Assembly (NCBI RefSeq): GCF_039654945.1
Contig: NW_027361821.1
Location: 9,610,001-9,674,000, forward strand
Length of the DNA stretch: 64,000 nt
Direction: 5' to 3'
Source of the DNA: Dendrobates tinctorius
Taxonomy: Eukaryota
Position numbers and translations under genes: made by a program. This document shows positions 11,858 to 24,980 of this stretch, one piece after another. The notes beneath the pieces are model-generated. The model searched no databases. It saw nothing but the letters and a program-made list of their open reading frames with translations, and was not told the origin of the DNA. The stretch's first letter is position 1. Every line of letters starts with the position of its first letter.

Positions 11858-12148
11858 TTAATAAACATCTTAACATCTTCAGAGGGAACCTGTCACCAGA
11901 AATAATGCTATTAGCCTGAAGATATAGGGTTAATCTGCAGGTTAATAGTATTTTTGTTTTGCCAAGCCCTTGCACGTAGTTGAGTGCAGCGTGAAGAAAA
12001 TGAACTTTATTCTCATCGGCAGCATGCAGATTCAGTCATGGGTCAGTGTTGGCACGAGTTCAGTTCAGGGTTTAGGTGCCTGTAACCGCATCCCCAGTCA
12101 TGTCTGACAACCACCTGCAATGCAGAACTAGTGTCAGTCAGGGCTAGG

Positions 12149-15100
12149 TGTTATGAATGGGTCACCGAGGAGGATAGCAAGCCCAGGCTAAGCCACAGAA
12201 AACCAGAGAGGTTGGTAACTAAGCAGATTGCAGACCCCTGATCCTGTCCACACAACTAGCAGTAGCTGTGGAGCGTGCCTACGATGATCCTAGATGCCTC
12301 AGTACAGCTGGAGAGCTAACTAAGCCTAAAGCAAGAAAGGGGAAATCTAAACTGCCCCGGAGCAGACCCCAAAGGAATAGATAGCCCCCAAACATATATT
12401 GTCGGTGAGACAAGATGAATACACAAACGCAGGCAGGAAAATAGACTGAGCAAATGATGGGGCCCACACTGACTAGACAGGACAGGAAAGGAAAGACACT
12501 GCAATCACGCAAAAAAACCTGCAAAAAGTCCAACACGTCTGATGCACAAAAACACTGAAGTCGTAGGACTTCGCCCCCACTATATCAGCACTCTGGTATA
12601 TTCTGAAAGCAAAGCAAAAAAGAGGCCAGTATAACAGGGGACAAAACAGGCACAAGCAGGGCAGTGATTCAGCACAGCTGGCTGACCCGCACAAAGCAGA
12701 GATAGGCAAAACCAGATCAAATGCAAACAGAATAGCAAATGAACCACTTAGCTGAACATTGCAAAAATCACCAGCAGGGATAGAGGCAGTCGGCTGTCTT
12801 AAATCCCAATCTGAAACCCCAGATCTCCAATCGTCATCCTCATTATCAGGTGGCCAGCCTCTGTCAATCAGATCAGCTCCACTACCTCCAGTAACCACCA
12901 GAGGGAGCCCAGAAAGAGAACTCGCAACCCCTCTGTCAATCTGACCAGCTCCACTACCCTTAGCAATAACCAGAGGGAGGCCAGAAAGAGAATTCACAAC
13001 AGTACCCCCCCTTGAGGAGGGGTCACCGAACCCTCATCCACACCACCAGGCCGGTCAGGATGGGCCCGGTGAAAGGCACAAACCAATCTTTCGGCATGAA
13101 TGTCGGAAGCAGACACCCAAGAATTATCCTGGCCATAACCCTTCCATTTGACCAAGTACTGGAGTCTCCGTCTGGCCAAACGAGAATCCAATATTTTCTC
13201 TACCTCATACTCCAAATTACCTTTAACCAATACAGGGTCAGGAGGCGCCGCCATGGGAACTACTGGCTCCACAAACCTCTTCAACAAAGATTTATGAAAC
13301 ACGTTATGAATCTTAAACGTAACTGGAAGAGCCAAACGGAAAGAAACTGGATTAAGGATTTCCAAAATCTTATAAGGTCCAGTGAATCTTGGCTTGAATT
13401 TTGGAGACGCAACCTTCATAGGAATATTCTTTGAAGACAACCAAACCATATCGCCCACTTTAAACCGGGGACCAATGGTCCTACGCCTGTTGGAAAACCG
13501 TTGGGCTTTTTCCTGAGATTGGGACAACTTATCCACCACTTGGTCCCAAATCTGCTGCATTCTCTCTACCACAGAATCCACACTTGGGCAGGCTGAAGAT
13601 TCCACCTGCCCTGAAGAAAATCTATGATGAAACCCAAAATTACAGAAAAAGGGCGACATCAAAGTGGCAGAACTAGCTCTATTGTTTAGCGCGAATTTGG
13701 CCAAGGGCAAAAATGAGACCCAGTCAACCTGATCAGCAGATATGAAACATCTCAAATAGGACTCCAAAGTCTGGTTTGTTCTCTCAGTCTGCCTATTGGT
13801 CTGAGGATGAAATGCAGAGGAGAAAGATAACTGAATTCTCAGTTAGGAACAAAAAGCTCTCCAAAATCTGGAAGCAAACAGGACTCCTCTGTCCGACACA
13901 ATGTTCTCAGGAATCCCGTGCAGCCGAACCATCTGTTGTAAAAACAAGGGCACCAACTCAGAAGAAGATGGCAACTTTGGGAATGGTACAAGATGGACCA
14001 TCTTAGAAAATATATCACAGATCACCCAGATAACAGTCATTCTTTGAGAGTCAGGAAGATTAGAAATAAAATCCATTGAAATATGGGTCCATGGCCTCCT
14101 GGGCACCAGCAGGGGCATCAACAACCCACTAGAACGAGCAAAGGACTTGGACCAAGAACAAGTCCCACAGGACTGCACAAAATTCCTGACATCACGAGAT
14201 AAGGCAGGCCACCAAAAAGATCGACTCACCAAATCTCTGGTACCAAAAACACCTGGATGACCAGCCAACGCAGAGCAATGAATTTCAGACATTACCCTTT
14301 TCCTCCACTGGTCAGGGACATACAATTTTCCCATAGGGCACCGTTCAGGTTTGTCCTCCTGAATCTCCTCCAGGGCATGTCTCAAATCGGGTTAGATGGC
14401 AGAAAGAACTACACCCTCATTTAGAATGGTAGTAGGCTCGGTCACATCAAGAGAATCTGCAAAGAAACTCCTAGAAAGGGCATCCACCTTAACATTCTTA
14501 GTGCCCGGAAGAAAAGAGACCACAAAATTAAAACGTGTGAAAAACTAGGCCCACCTAGCCTGTCTAGGATTCAAGCGTTTGGCTGATTCAAGATAAATCA
14601 AATTCTTGTGGTCGGTGAGGACCACAACTTGATGTCTAGCTCCCTCCAACCAATGTCTCCACTCTTCAAATGCCCATTTCATGGCCAACAATTCCCGATT
14701 TCCCACGTCATAGTTACGTTTCGATGGGGAGAATTTTCGAGAAAAGAAGGCACAGGGATTCATCTTAGAAGTCACCGGATCTCTTTGGGATAAAACGGCT
14801 CCTGCACCAATCTCAGAAGCATCTACCTCCACCTGAAATGGGAGTGAGACATCAGGTTGCCGTAGAACCAGAGCCGAAGTGAATCTCCGCTTAAGCTCCT
14901 GAAATGCCGAAACTGCCTCTGGAGACCAATTCACCACATCAGCGCCCTTTTTGGTCAAATCAGTCAGTGGTTTAACAATACCAGAAAAATTACTTATAAA
15001 TTTACGGTAGAAATTAGCAAAACCCAAAAACTTCTGGAGAGCCTTCAAAGAAGTGGGCTGAACCCAATCATAAATGGCCTGTATCTTGGCCGGGTCCATT

Positions 15101-17878
15101 TCAATAGTAGACGGGGACAAAATGAATCCCAAAAATGAAATCCTCTGTACACCAAAGAGGCATTTTGATCCCTTAACATACAGAGATTTTTCCCTCAAAA
15201 TCCGGAACACAGTCCGGACATGTTCCACATGAGAATCCCAATCACTGGAAAAGATCAAAATATCATCCAGATAAATGATCAAAAACTTATCCACAAAATC
15301 CCGGAAAATATTGTTCGTAAAAGATTGGAAGACAGAAGGGGCATTAATGAGCCCAAAAGGCATCACCAGGTACTCAAAATGTCCCTCCGGAGTGTTAAAC
15401 GCCGTCTTCCATTTATCCCCGTGCTTGATGCGAATAAGATTATACGCCCCCCTGAGGTCAAGCTTGGTAAACCAACAGGCACTTTTAACTCGGGAAAATA
15501 AATCAGAAATCAGGGGTAACAGGTACTGATATTTAACATTGATTTTGTTAAGGGAACGATAGTCAATACATGGCCTTAATGAAGCATCTTTCTTGGCCAC
15601 AAAAAACCCCCAGCACCTAAAGGTGAAGAAGATGGTCTAATATGACCCTTCTCCAAGGACTCCTTGATATAAGATCGCATAGCATCATGTTCAGGTACAG
15701 ATAAGTTGAAAAGCCAACCCTTGGGAAATTTACACCCGGGCATTAACTCAATTGTACAGTCATAACTTCTATGAGGAGGCAAAGACACAGACTTACTCAC
15801 TAAATACATCAGAAAAATCAGCCAAATAGTCGGGAATATCATGAGACTGGGGAGAGGTGGAGAAAACACGAGTGTCGCTAAGAACACATTGACAACCCCA
15901 ACTCACCACAGACACAGATTTCCAATCCAAAACTGGATTATGAGTTTGCAACCAAGGAAAACTCAGAACATTGGTATCATGCAAATTGTGCAACACCAAA
16001 AATTTACAATTTTCTTGGTGGTCCGGGGCGACCCGCATTATCACCTGGGTCCAAAACTGGGGTTTATTCTCCGCCAAAGAAGTAGCATCAATACCCCTCA
16101 AAGGGATAGGAGTCCACAGGGGTATCAATGGAAAACCACAATGTTTGCAAAGTCCAAATCCTTCAGATTCAAAGCTGCTCCTGAATCAACACAAGCCTTA
16201 GCGGAAGATGTAGACAAGGAGCAGATCAGGGTAATCACCAAAAGGAACTTAGGCTGTACACTGCCCACCGCAGATGTGTGAGCAAAACGCTTTTCTCATT
16301 TAGGGCAGACATAAATAGTATGAGAGGCGTCCCCACAGAAAAAACACAACTTACTGCGCCTTCTAAACTCCTGACATTGCGCCCTAGACAAAATCCTATC
16401 GCATTGCATGGTTTCAGAAGTTCGTTCAAAAGGCGGCAACACCTCTCGTGTAATTTTACGTTCACGTAAACGCCGATCAATTTGAATGGCCAATGACATA
16501 GAGTCATCAAGACCAGAGGGAACAGGAAATCCCACCATAACATCTTTTATGGTTTTTGCCAAGCCCTTCTGAAAGAGAGCTGCTAGGGCATCGTCATTCC
16601 ATGTAGTAAGGACCGCCCACTTTTGGAATTTTTGACAATATAACTCTGCAGAATCCTCACCCTCGTTCAATGCCAATAAGGTTTTCTCAGCTTGATCAAT
16701 AGCATTAGGTTCATCATACAATAACCCCAAGGCCTGAAAAATCGAGTCCACATTAGCCAGAATAGGAACTCCGGGTGTCAAAGAAAAGGCCCAATCCTGG
16801 GGATTGCCGCGCAGTGGGGAGATGACAATTTTAACTTGCTGCACAGAGCTCCCCGATGAGTTAGGTTTTAGAGCAAAAAATAGTTTGCAATTATTCTGAA
16901 AAATTCAAAAATTTAGATCGATCCCCAGAAAACACATCAGGAGTAGGGATTTTTGGTTCAACAACAGATGATTGAGCAAGATAGGCAGAAATTCCCCGCA
17001 CTTCACCAGCGAGCTGCTCAACACGATCAGACAATTGCTTAGTCTCCATTTATACAAAAAATATCCTCTTACAGCCCCAGAGAAAAAAAAGAGGAAAAAA
17101 TATAAAAAAAAATTGACACTTTTAAAAAAAAAATTCTTTCCTTCTTTATAGTACCCTAGAGTCTACAGTAAGGCTGGTGATTCTGTTATAAATGGGTCAC
17201 CGAGGAGGATAGCAGGCCCAGGCTAAGCCACAGAAAGCCAGAGAGGTTGGTAACTAAGCGGATTGCAGAACCCTGATCCTGTCCACACAACTAGCAGTAG
17301 CTGTGGAGCGTACCTACGATGATCCTAGATGCCTCGGCACTGCCGGAGAGCTAGCTAAGCCTAAAGCAAGAAAGGGGAAATCTAACCTGCCTCGGAGCAG
17401 ACCCCAAAGGAATAGATAGCCCCCAAACATATATTGTCAGTGAGACAAGATGAAAACACAAATGCAGGCAGGAAAATGGACTGAGCAAATGATGGGGCCC
17501 ACACTGACTAGACAGGACAGGAAAGACACTGTCTGCAATCACGCAAAAAACCCTGCAAAAAGTCCAACACGTCTGATGCACAAAAACACTGAAGTTGCAC
17601 GACTTCGCCCCCACATATCAGCACTCTGGTATAGTCTGAAAGCAAAGCAAAAAAGAGGCCAATATAACAGGGAACAAAACAAACTGGCACAAGCAGTAAC
17701 ATAAGGGCAGTGATTCAGCACAGCCCCAGCCGGAGCTGGCTGATCCGCACAAAGCAGAGATAGACAAAACCAGATCAAATGCAAACAGAATAGCAAATGA
17801 ACCACTTAGCTGAACATTGCAGGGACAGAGCAGGAGACATCAGACTTCAGGAGGCACAGGAAGAAAATCACCAGCAGG
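12149..17878 (-). mobile_element. Gypsy chromovirus (Tf1/sushi-type) element A, degraded; 3' LTR 12149-13001, truncated 5' LTR 17184-17878
   Basis: TG...CA LTR, G-rich PPT next to 13001; gag with CFFCGDASHTIYVC knuckle, RT (YLDD), RNase H, integrase, chromodomain (YEVEKILDSR...YLVKWKGY) over several frameshifted ORFs. Confidence 0.97.
12994..17047 (-). pseudogene. gag-pol of element A with multiple stops and frameshifts
   Basis: ORFs 16296-16844, 15793-16128, 15576-15887, 14545-15600, 13843-14385, 12994-13767. Confidence 0.93.
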
Positions 17879-18404
17879 CCCACATGGTATTTCTCATATG
17901 CACTTTATAGCCACTGAAGTATTATCTGATGCTGCTACATATGTATTATATTTATGATGTGCAATACCTTTGACAGTGGCTTTATGTACTTATCTGGTTC
18001 TTTGGGAGATTATTAGTTGTGGTAAGTCATTGCTTCTATAATAAGGCATGACTCATTGTAGGTCCTTTTTGTATTTTAAATGTTTTTAAAATGCTTTGTG
18101 TGCTTTTTTGCTTTTTGTAATATTGTCTAATAAAGTGTCATTATTCTTTATATATACAATTGAGGTGCTCCTTTATGTATGGGCATGATCTTTTTTCTTA
18201 CTCTTCTATGAAAAAGGGAGGACAGCGCAGAAGGAAGGCCTCCGTACCTACCTGGCCTGGTGTATCTAAAATTGCTTCCAGGCTGCCCGGCTCTCCATTA
18301 CGATCTGTTACCAGTGCCCCGGTCTGTACTATCAACCATCAGGTTAAGGAAAAGAAAACTACAGCCCTTGTGTCCTCCAGTGATCTCTTGTGCCCTGAGT
18401 CCTG

Positions 18405-19440
18405 TGTAGGGAAGGTGACCTGATGGACGTGTCAGAATGGAGAAAGGAAGGTTTGCACAGTTTAGACAGGTGTCAGTTACTACAGTGGGGAATCAGCTGA
18501 GAAAGTGTAGTGGACGTGCAGTACCTTGGGTTGACCATTAGAGGGCAGGGAGGAGTGTGAGCAAAGGACTTGACATCAGCTTAGGGCTTAGGAAACCGTT
18601 GGTCATGGGGGGCGGAGTTACAGGGAACCGGGAATGATATAAATTTGACAGGAGGGTTCCAGAAAGTTCCAGTTCCCAGGGGGAGCTCCAGTGACAGGAG
18701 GACTACGACAGTTTGTGCACTGTGAGGAAAATCAAATCAGGGGGACTGAGGAGAGAGAACGTCAGGGGGGTGGTCCTGACAGGAAGAACCGCAGTATAGA
18801 CGAGGCATGGGGTGAAGGACACCGTATTTGGAACAACAAAACTGACCAGTAAAGTGCTGATGGTGTACAGGCCTAAGGCGGCCACAGTGACTGAGCTGAC
18901 AGGATCGTCACAGAGTGAAAAAGGGGCGGTACGTATAAATATGTCCCTGGTGTAAAGTATGGTGTGTGAAGCGGCCCTGGACACGGAGGGCCGTGAGAAA
19001 GATATTGTGGTGTGCTGTGAGGGCCGTTAGTCGGACGGTGGAAAATAAACTTGGACCTGTTGCACCCGAAACTTGCCTCTATCTTGTGTCTGTACGTCAC
19101 TGCGCGGTATACAGAGGGACCACCCCCAGCCCGGGCCACCGACCCTACCCCTGCACCACAAGGTACACGAAGTCTGACATAAACAGAACCGGTAGCCCTG
19201 GGGCCCCGCTCCACCTGTGGGGAGCAGAACCATCCCAGCTGCGTCAACATCAGCCCCAGTGGTCTCCTTTAGCAGCGTCAGCCATCCGTTGCCGAACACC
19301 ACAGGTGGCATCACATTAAATCCCATATGCACATTCCCCATTTTACGGCACAGCCAGGGCCATGGAGTCGGGTCATGGCTCCATGACTTCCCCAAAGAAT
19401 TGTCTTCCGAGTACCACGCGGCCCTGGTGGGCGTGCCACT
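18405..19440 (+). mobile_element. LTR-like fragment homologous to the LTR at about 36520-37850
   Basis: Shared blocks GGGAAGGTGACYTGAYGGAC, GATA(T)AAAT..GACAGG..GGTTCCAG, AATAAACTYGGACCTGTTGCA, GGACCACCCCCA..CCGGGC. Confidence 0.65.
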
Positions 19441-19949
19441 TATAACTGGCAATGTCAGCCAGGCTGTTACCAGTAATTTTCAAATCAATAACACGGGCGA
19501 TAATATGCACCAATTATATAGAGGCACTGCCTGAAACTTTTCAGGTTGTTTGAATGATGTGAGCTGTAAATGTATAATCTTGTGTTTTGCGTTCACCATT
19601 TACAGTAAGGTAAATTCTAATTATCTTATTCTCCCCACCCACTTACATTTTTGCTGTTTCATCTTATCACTGTGAATCTCAATCTCTTTATTTGTCAGTT
19701 AAAACTCTTCTTTGAAGATTTTGCTTAGATTAGTACATTGTTCTAACTTCCTTTCTGTGTCATTAATTTGCCTATATTTCTGCTTACTTTCTGATGGTTA
19801 TCTCATAATCTTTCATGCTGTAAAAGTGTACAGTCATACAATAAAGTATTAGTCACACCAGTATGCAAGGTACACAGTATATTTCTAATTTTTACTCACC
19901 TGTCATTCAAAGAAAGCTAACCAATTTATAGCTATCATGACTAGAGGAC

Positions 19950-22900
19950 TAGAGGTGGGCAAACCTGAATGTTAAAGTGCAGAGTCTGTCTATGCACGGA
20001 TGCCAAACACAGACTTCTCCCAAAGGTCCGTATTACTGTTCGAATTTGGCAGTCCGAACAAAGCTTCTTAAAATCAACAAGCTTTACTGTGTTCTCGTAC
20101 CAGCGCAGGCAAAACCGACCGCTGAGGGCTGCAGCCCCCAGCTGTCTGCTTTATCTTGGCTGGTTATCAAAAATATAAGGGTCCACACTACATTTTTTTT
20201 AATTATTTAAATAAATAATAAAAAATATCCAGCCAAGCTAAACCAGTCATCTGGGGGCTAGTATTCTCAGAATGGGACAGGGTCATGGATATTGGCCCTC
20301 CCCAGCCTAAAAATAGCAGCTTGCAGCTGCCCAGAAAAGGTGCATCCATTAGATACGCCAATTCTGGCGTTTGATCCGGCTCTTTTAGTTTTGAGGTTGA
20401 TGTCAGCTGTTTTATGTTGACATTAAGCCCAACGGTTAGTAATTGAGAGGCGCCTATAAGACCCCCGTATTAACCCAATAGTTAAATGCAATAAACACAG
20501 AGTAAAGTCATTTAATTGAAATAAAAACTCCACAATCTTCTTTTACCAATTGTTCCACAAAATAGCAAAGTTATACTTACCTGTCTGCCAATAATTAATG
20601 CCCATGTTCCACGATGATCCGAATGGTTTGGTGAGTGGTCACATCAGTGATATGACCTCTTACAACTTCAGCCAGAAAACACTAAGCTGAGCGTGAGAAC
20701 ACGGCTGCAGTGACCAGCGGTAACTCTAATGATGTCACTGCTGGTCACAGTCAGCCGCAGTCTTGCGTTCTGGACAGTGTGTTCTGGCTTGCGTGATGAG
20801 AGGTTTCATCACTGATGTGACTGCTCATCACATCATTCGATTCATTGAGGGACATGGCCATTAATGGATGAATGGCAAAAAGGTGAGTATAAATTTGCTT
20901 TTTTATTGAGTAAAATAGGGTTGGGGAGTTTTTATTTCAATTAAAGGACTTTTTTCTGCCTGTGTTTTTATTACATTTGACTGTGAGGTTGATGTCAGCT
21001 GACATTACAAAACCGATATCAACACCACAGCTATTACCCCTCTTGCTAACACACCCAGGGCAAGTTGGAAGAGCCAGGTAAAACACCAGAATTGACACAT
21101 CTAGTGGATGCGCCTTTTCTGTGGCAGTTGTGGGCTGTTAATATTTAGACTGGGGAGATCCAATATCCATGGCCACTTTCCAGTCTGAAAATACTATCCC
21201 TCAGCTGTCTGCTTTAGCTTGGCTAGTTATTAAAAATGGGGGGACCCCACACCTTTTTTTAAATTATTTATTTAAATAATTAGAAAAAATGCAAGGGAAC
21301 ACCTATTTTTTTTATAACCATCCAATATAAAGCTGACAGCTGAAGGATGCAGCCTGCAGCTGTCTGCTTTAGTCAAATATTATGTCCAAAATTTAAAGAA
21401 ATGGCACTTTAAAATGCTAAATACCAAACAAAAAGGGGCAGAAATAGTTCTACCACCTAAAAATGAAGCAAACCATAAATATGCTAAAATTTAATGTTTA
21501 CTGAAATAATTTAAAAAATATAAAAAGACCACATATCCATATTAAGCAGAAGAAGCAGAAGGGCAAAACGTGCATCGGGGCACAGGTGATCACCGTCAGA
21601 CTGCGAGCACAATTTTCATCTTTTTTATCTACTATAGGTAACATCATTAGGATTAAGACTTGTATCCCATTGTGGAGCAAGTTTTTGCATTTGGCATGTT
21701 TAATACACTTCAAATGACTGGGTACACATAGGCTGTGGTTTGGAATACATGAATGTATAATCTTTTGGGATAATTAGTTTTGTTGAGGTTTTGAGCACAT
21801 ATTTAACCTCTGTTTTACAGACATTTCCCTCTGTGATTTTGAATCTGTGTAATTATATCTAATATATTATATCCTATTTATTACCTATTTATATTACATT
21901 GAACTGATTTTTTTATCTGTGGTCTGCAGTTATTTCCCATTGGGATATGTTTATGTTTAATATGGATAAGTGGCCTTTTTATATTTTTTAAAATTCTTTC
22001 AATAAACATTAAATTTTAGTATATTTATGGTTCACTTCATTTTTAGGTGGTAGAACTATTTCTGCTCCTTTTTGTTTGGTATTAAGCTGTCTGCTTTAGC
22101 TTGGCTGGCTATCAAAAATGGGGGGACTCCTTACAGTTTTTAAAAATTATTTATTTAAATACACTCGATCTGCAGCAACTGCTTGATGTTGCTCTGCGAG
22201 ACATGGCTGCTAGGAACTGAGGTGATGTCAGTAAGGTTATCTCAGTTCATGGCCGGTGTGAACTGAGATAATCTTACTGTAAGGTCAGCTGAGTTCATAG
22301 CAGCTGGTTTTCATGCCGTGCAGCACCAGTGCTGGAGTGATCAATAACCGCGAGTCCGGCATTGGGTACTCCAGCATTCATCAGTCCGGCACTCAAGCTA
22401 CCATGAGACTCGGTGGCTGGAAACTCAGGTAACTTTAAAGGTTACCACAATTCACAGCCACTGAGTCTCCTGGCATTTGCAAGGTCCAGAAACTACTTTA
22501 AGGTTAATAGAGTTTCCAGGTGTACTTGTTAATAAATAAAAAAGAAAAAAAAACAGAGTATGTCTGCTGTAATTTTTATAACCAGCTGAGTGAAAGTCAA
22601 TGTCTGGGGGCTAATGTTAATATTCTGGCAAGGGGCCAATAGCCATAAAGATTCCCAGGCTATTAATATCAGTTTACAGCTGTTTTCTTAGCCTTTTTTG
22701 GTTATTATAGGGGAGACTCCCCAAAAATGACATAGGGACACACCCATATTTACTAACCAGCAAAGGCTAAACAGACAGCTGTGGTGGGCTGATACTAATA
22801 GCCTAGGAAGGGGCCATGGATATTGACCACCTTCCAGACTAAGAAGATCAGCCCTCTGCCACCCAAGAAATTAACCTCTCTCTTCCCACTTGTTCTGGTG

Positions 22901-23110
22901 TGGTGGCAAGTGAGGTAATAATTGTGTGGTTAATGTCGCCTGCTCACTAGTTAGTAATGGAGAGGCATCCCCATTACTATACCCATAGTCAAATGTAATA
23001 AAGACACGCAGAGTAAAGTCAATTATTTGAGATAAAAACTCCCCGACCCTCTCTTACCCATTTATTCAACAAAAATAAATATGCAAAGTTATACTCACAA
23101 TTCTGCCAAT
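19950..23110. mobile_element. Foldback-like non-autonomous DNA element with ~600-bp inverted arms (about 20120-21360) and further arm-like segments
   Basis: 20121 GCTGAGGGCTGCAGCCCCCAGCTGTCTGCTTTATCTTGG mirrors 21322-21360; 20571 TTATACTTACCTGTCTGCCA mirrors 20872 TGGCAAAAAGGTGAGTATAA. Confidence 0.6.
21373..22084 (+). mobile_element. Penelope-like 3' fragment with inverted terminal duplication and 15-bp TSD
   Basis: AGCTGTCTGCTTTAG at 21358-21372 and 22085-22099; 21420-21545 is the reverse complement of 21957-22083; degenerate hammerhead-like motif at about 21547-21580. Confidence 0.65.
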
Positions 23111-23129
23111 ATTTCATTAAGGGGGGGGG

Positions 23130-24180
23130 GATTAATTTCAAAGTACAACAAAGGGTCATAATAAAATTGCTTTATTCACAAGTGAGGCAAGGTGAAAAAG
23201 GCACAAGTGCAATGCTGTAAAACCATAAAAGCATCACCCACAATAAGGGACACAGAGGCCCATGTTGCCAGTACTGCACTCTGATATAATCATGATAATG
23301 AGGAATAGTATTATATAGCACATACACCTAGTAACTCATAATGGTAGGTGCAATACACATAACAAATGGCCAGGCTATGACTGAATAGGTCAAAACTCGA
23401 AAACATATACACATATTATGCTCAATATTAGCTATTACCTGGACACTTGTAGCAGATGGCAAACAGGGGGTCCCTGGGTCCGCCCCAACACGCGTTTCGG
23501 AACACCTTCGTCAGTGGGCGCGAGGAATAGTGAGAGAGACTCTGTTTAAATAACGGGCATAGACCGGAAATTGGGCAGGCGCCGTAACTGGAAGTAGTAA
23601 TGCGTTGTCATAGTAACGCGCACGCTAGTCGTGTGCATATCTAATGAATCAGAGCGGCGATGTGAGCCGGCGCCTGGGAGATACCCACACCCCTCTAGGT
23701 ATGACAGTGAGCAAGTGTGAAGCCCAGAACACGCGGGGCCCCGCGAGACTGGACGCCCATAATACCTGACGTCAACATAGGAGGTGCTGAGGGAGCCACA
23801 CAGGCGCAATAGAAAAACTGAGGGAAGCGCCACCATGTTGGAAGCTGGCATAAATACATAGTCTCCATGGGGCCATAAGGGAAATGGATGGCACACGGAA
23901 AAAGGACATTAACCATCCATCATGCGGATAATATAAATATGAAATAGATAATCGTAAATACTAAATGTAAAAAATAATTAAAGCCAATATAATCTATAGA
24001 GGACAAATACAATGGAATGATATTCACATACAATTAGTGGGAATATACATGTGTATATATATATATACATATAAAAGTATATAAGGGATATACAGACTCA
24101 CAATTTAATAATAAAATACATACAATAATGATCAAAATATCACAATATGGTAACAAGAGTATGAATATCCCCATATAATT
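23130..24180 (-). mobile_element. Penelope-like element remnant (non-coding pLTR/tail)
   Basis: Hammerhead-like motif at 23481-23520 and AT-rich tail with AATAAA on the minus strand; no RT/GIY-YIG ORF seen. Confidence 0.5.
23481..23520 (-). ncRNA. Minimal type I hammerhead ribozyme-like motif
   Basis: Minus strand CGCCCA-CUGACGA-A-GG-UGUU-CC-GAAAC-GCGU-GUU-GGGGCG: CUGANGA and GAAA core, short stems II/III, closing stem I. Confidence 0.6.
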
Positions 24181-24239
24181 CCAGCTTCCTTTGCTGTCTT
24201 GTTCTGCATCATACTAGAGTTTGTGTGAGATTGAAGAAA

Positions 24240-24980
24240 ACCTTTAGCAGATGTCTGGCTTGTATCAAAATGTGATACAAATGCATGCCTTATGATAATT
24301 TGTGTAGGCCCTGTACTTTAGGCTTGGTACCTGGCATTCAATTACAGCATAGAATGGATCATTGTCCACCATTCTTTGAATCTGGCAAGACTACATGGAC
24401 AATGCAGTGAAGAGGCCTTCACGAGGCAACATGACATCGATCCTACTCCTGGGAATATGGTGTGGGATGGCATAACATACAATAACAGGACCACCCTAGT
24501 CTTCATTTCATGCACACTAAAAGCATTACATTAATTTGGTCATGGAACCACTGGTACGATCATTTCTCCAAAGTGTCCCAAGAATCATTTTCAACATAAC
24601 GCCAAGTCACATGTTGTTGATGCTACTGTGAACAGCCTTCTTGGCCCAAATGTGCTACCATTGCATATAGTGTCTCTGGACTTGTCTTCCATTTAGCACA
24701 TCTGCAAGATCATTGGTCAACAATTGCAAAAGGAGTTGCCAGCAGCGGATCTTGATATCCATACTAAAGTGCATTCATTGGGGCAGAACATTTCTCAGAC
24801 AACCATTAATAATCTCATTGATAGCAGCCTAGCCTGTGTAACTGCGAGCATTTCTATGGGTGGCACTCATACTTGATGCTGAAAAAAATTGCAACGTTTT
24901 GGAAATGTCTATTGATCTTGCAATTTCCATAATTCCCCTAATTTTCCTTCTTGACGTTGCAGTTTCAATCTTGAGTAGTG
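24240..24980 (+). mobile_element. Old Tc1-like transposase remnant
   Basis: Manual translation: MVWDGITYNNRTTLVFI, FQHNAKSHV, SLDLSSI*HI; ends TTGAGTAGTG then TA. Confidence 0.7.
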
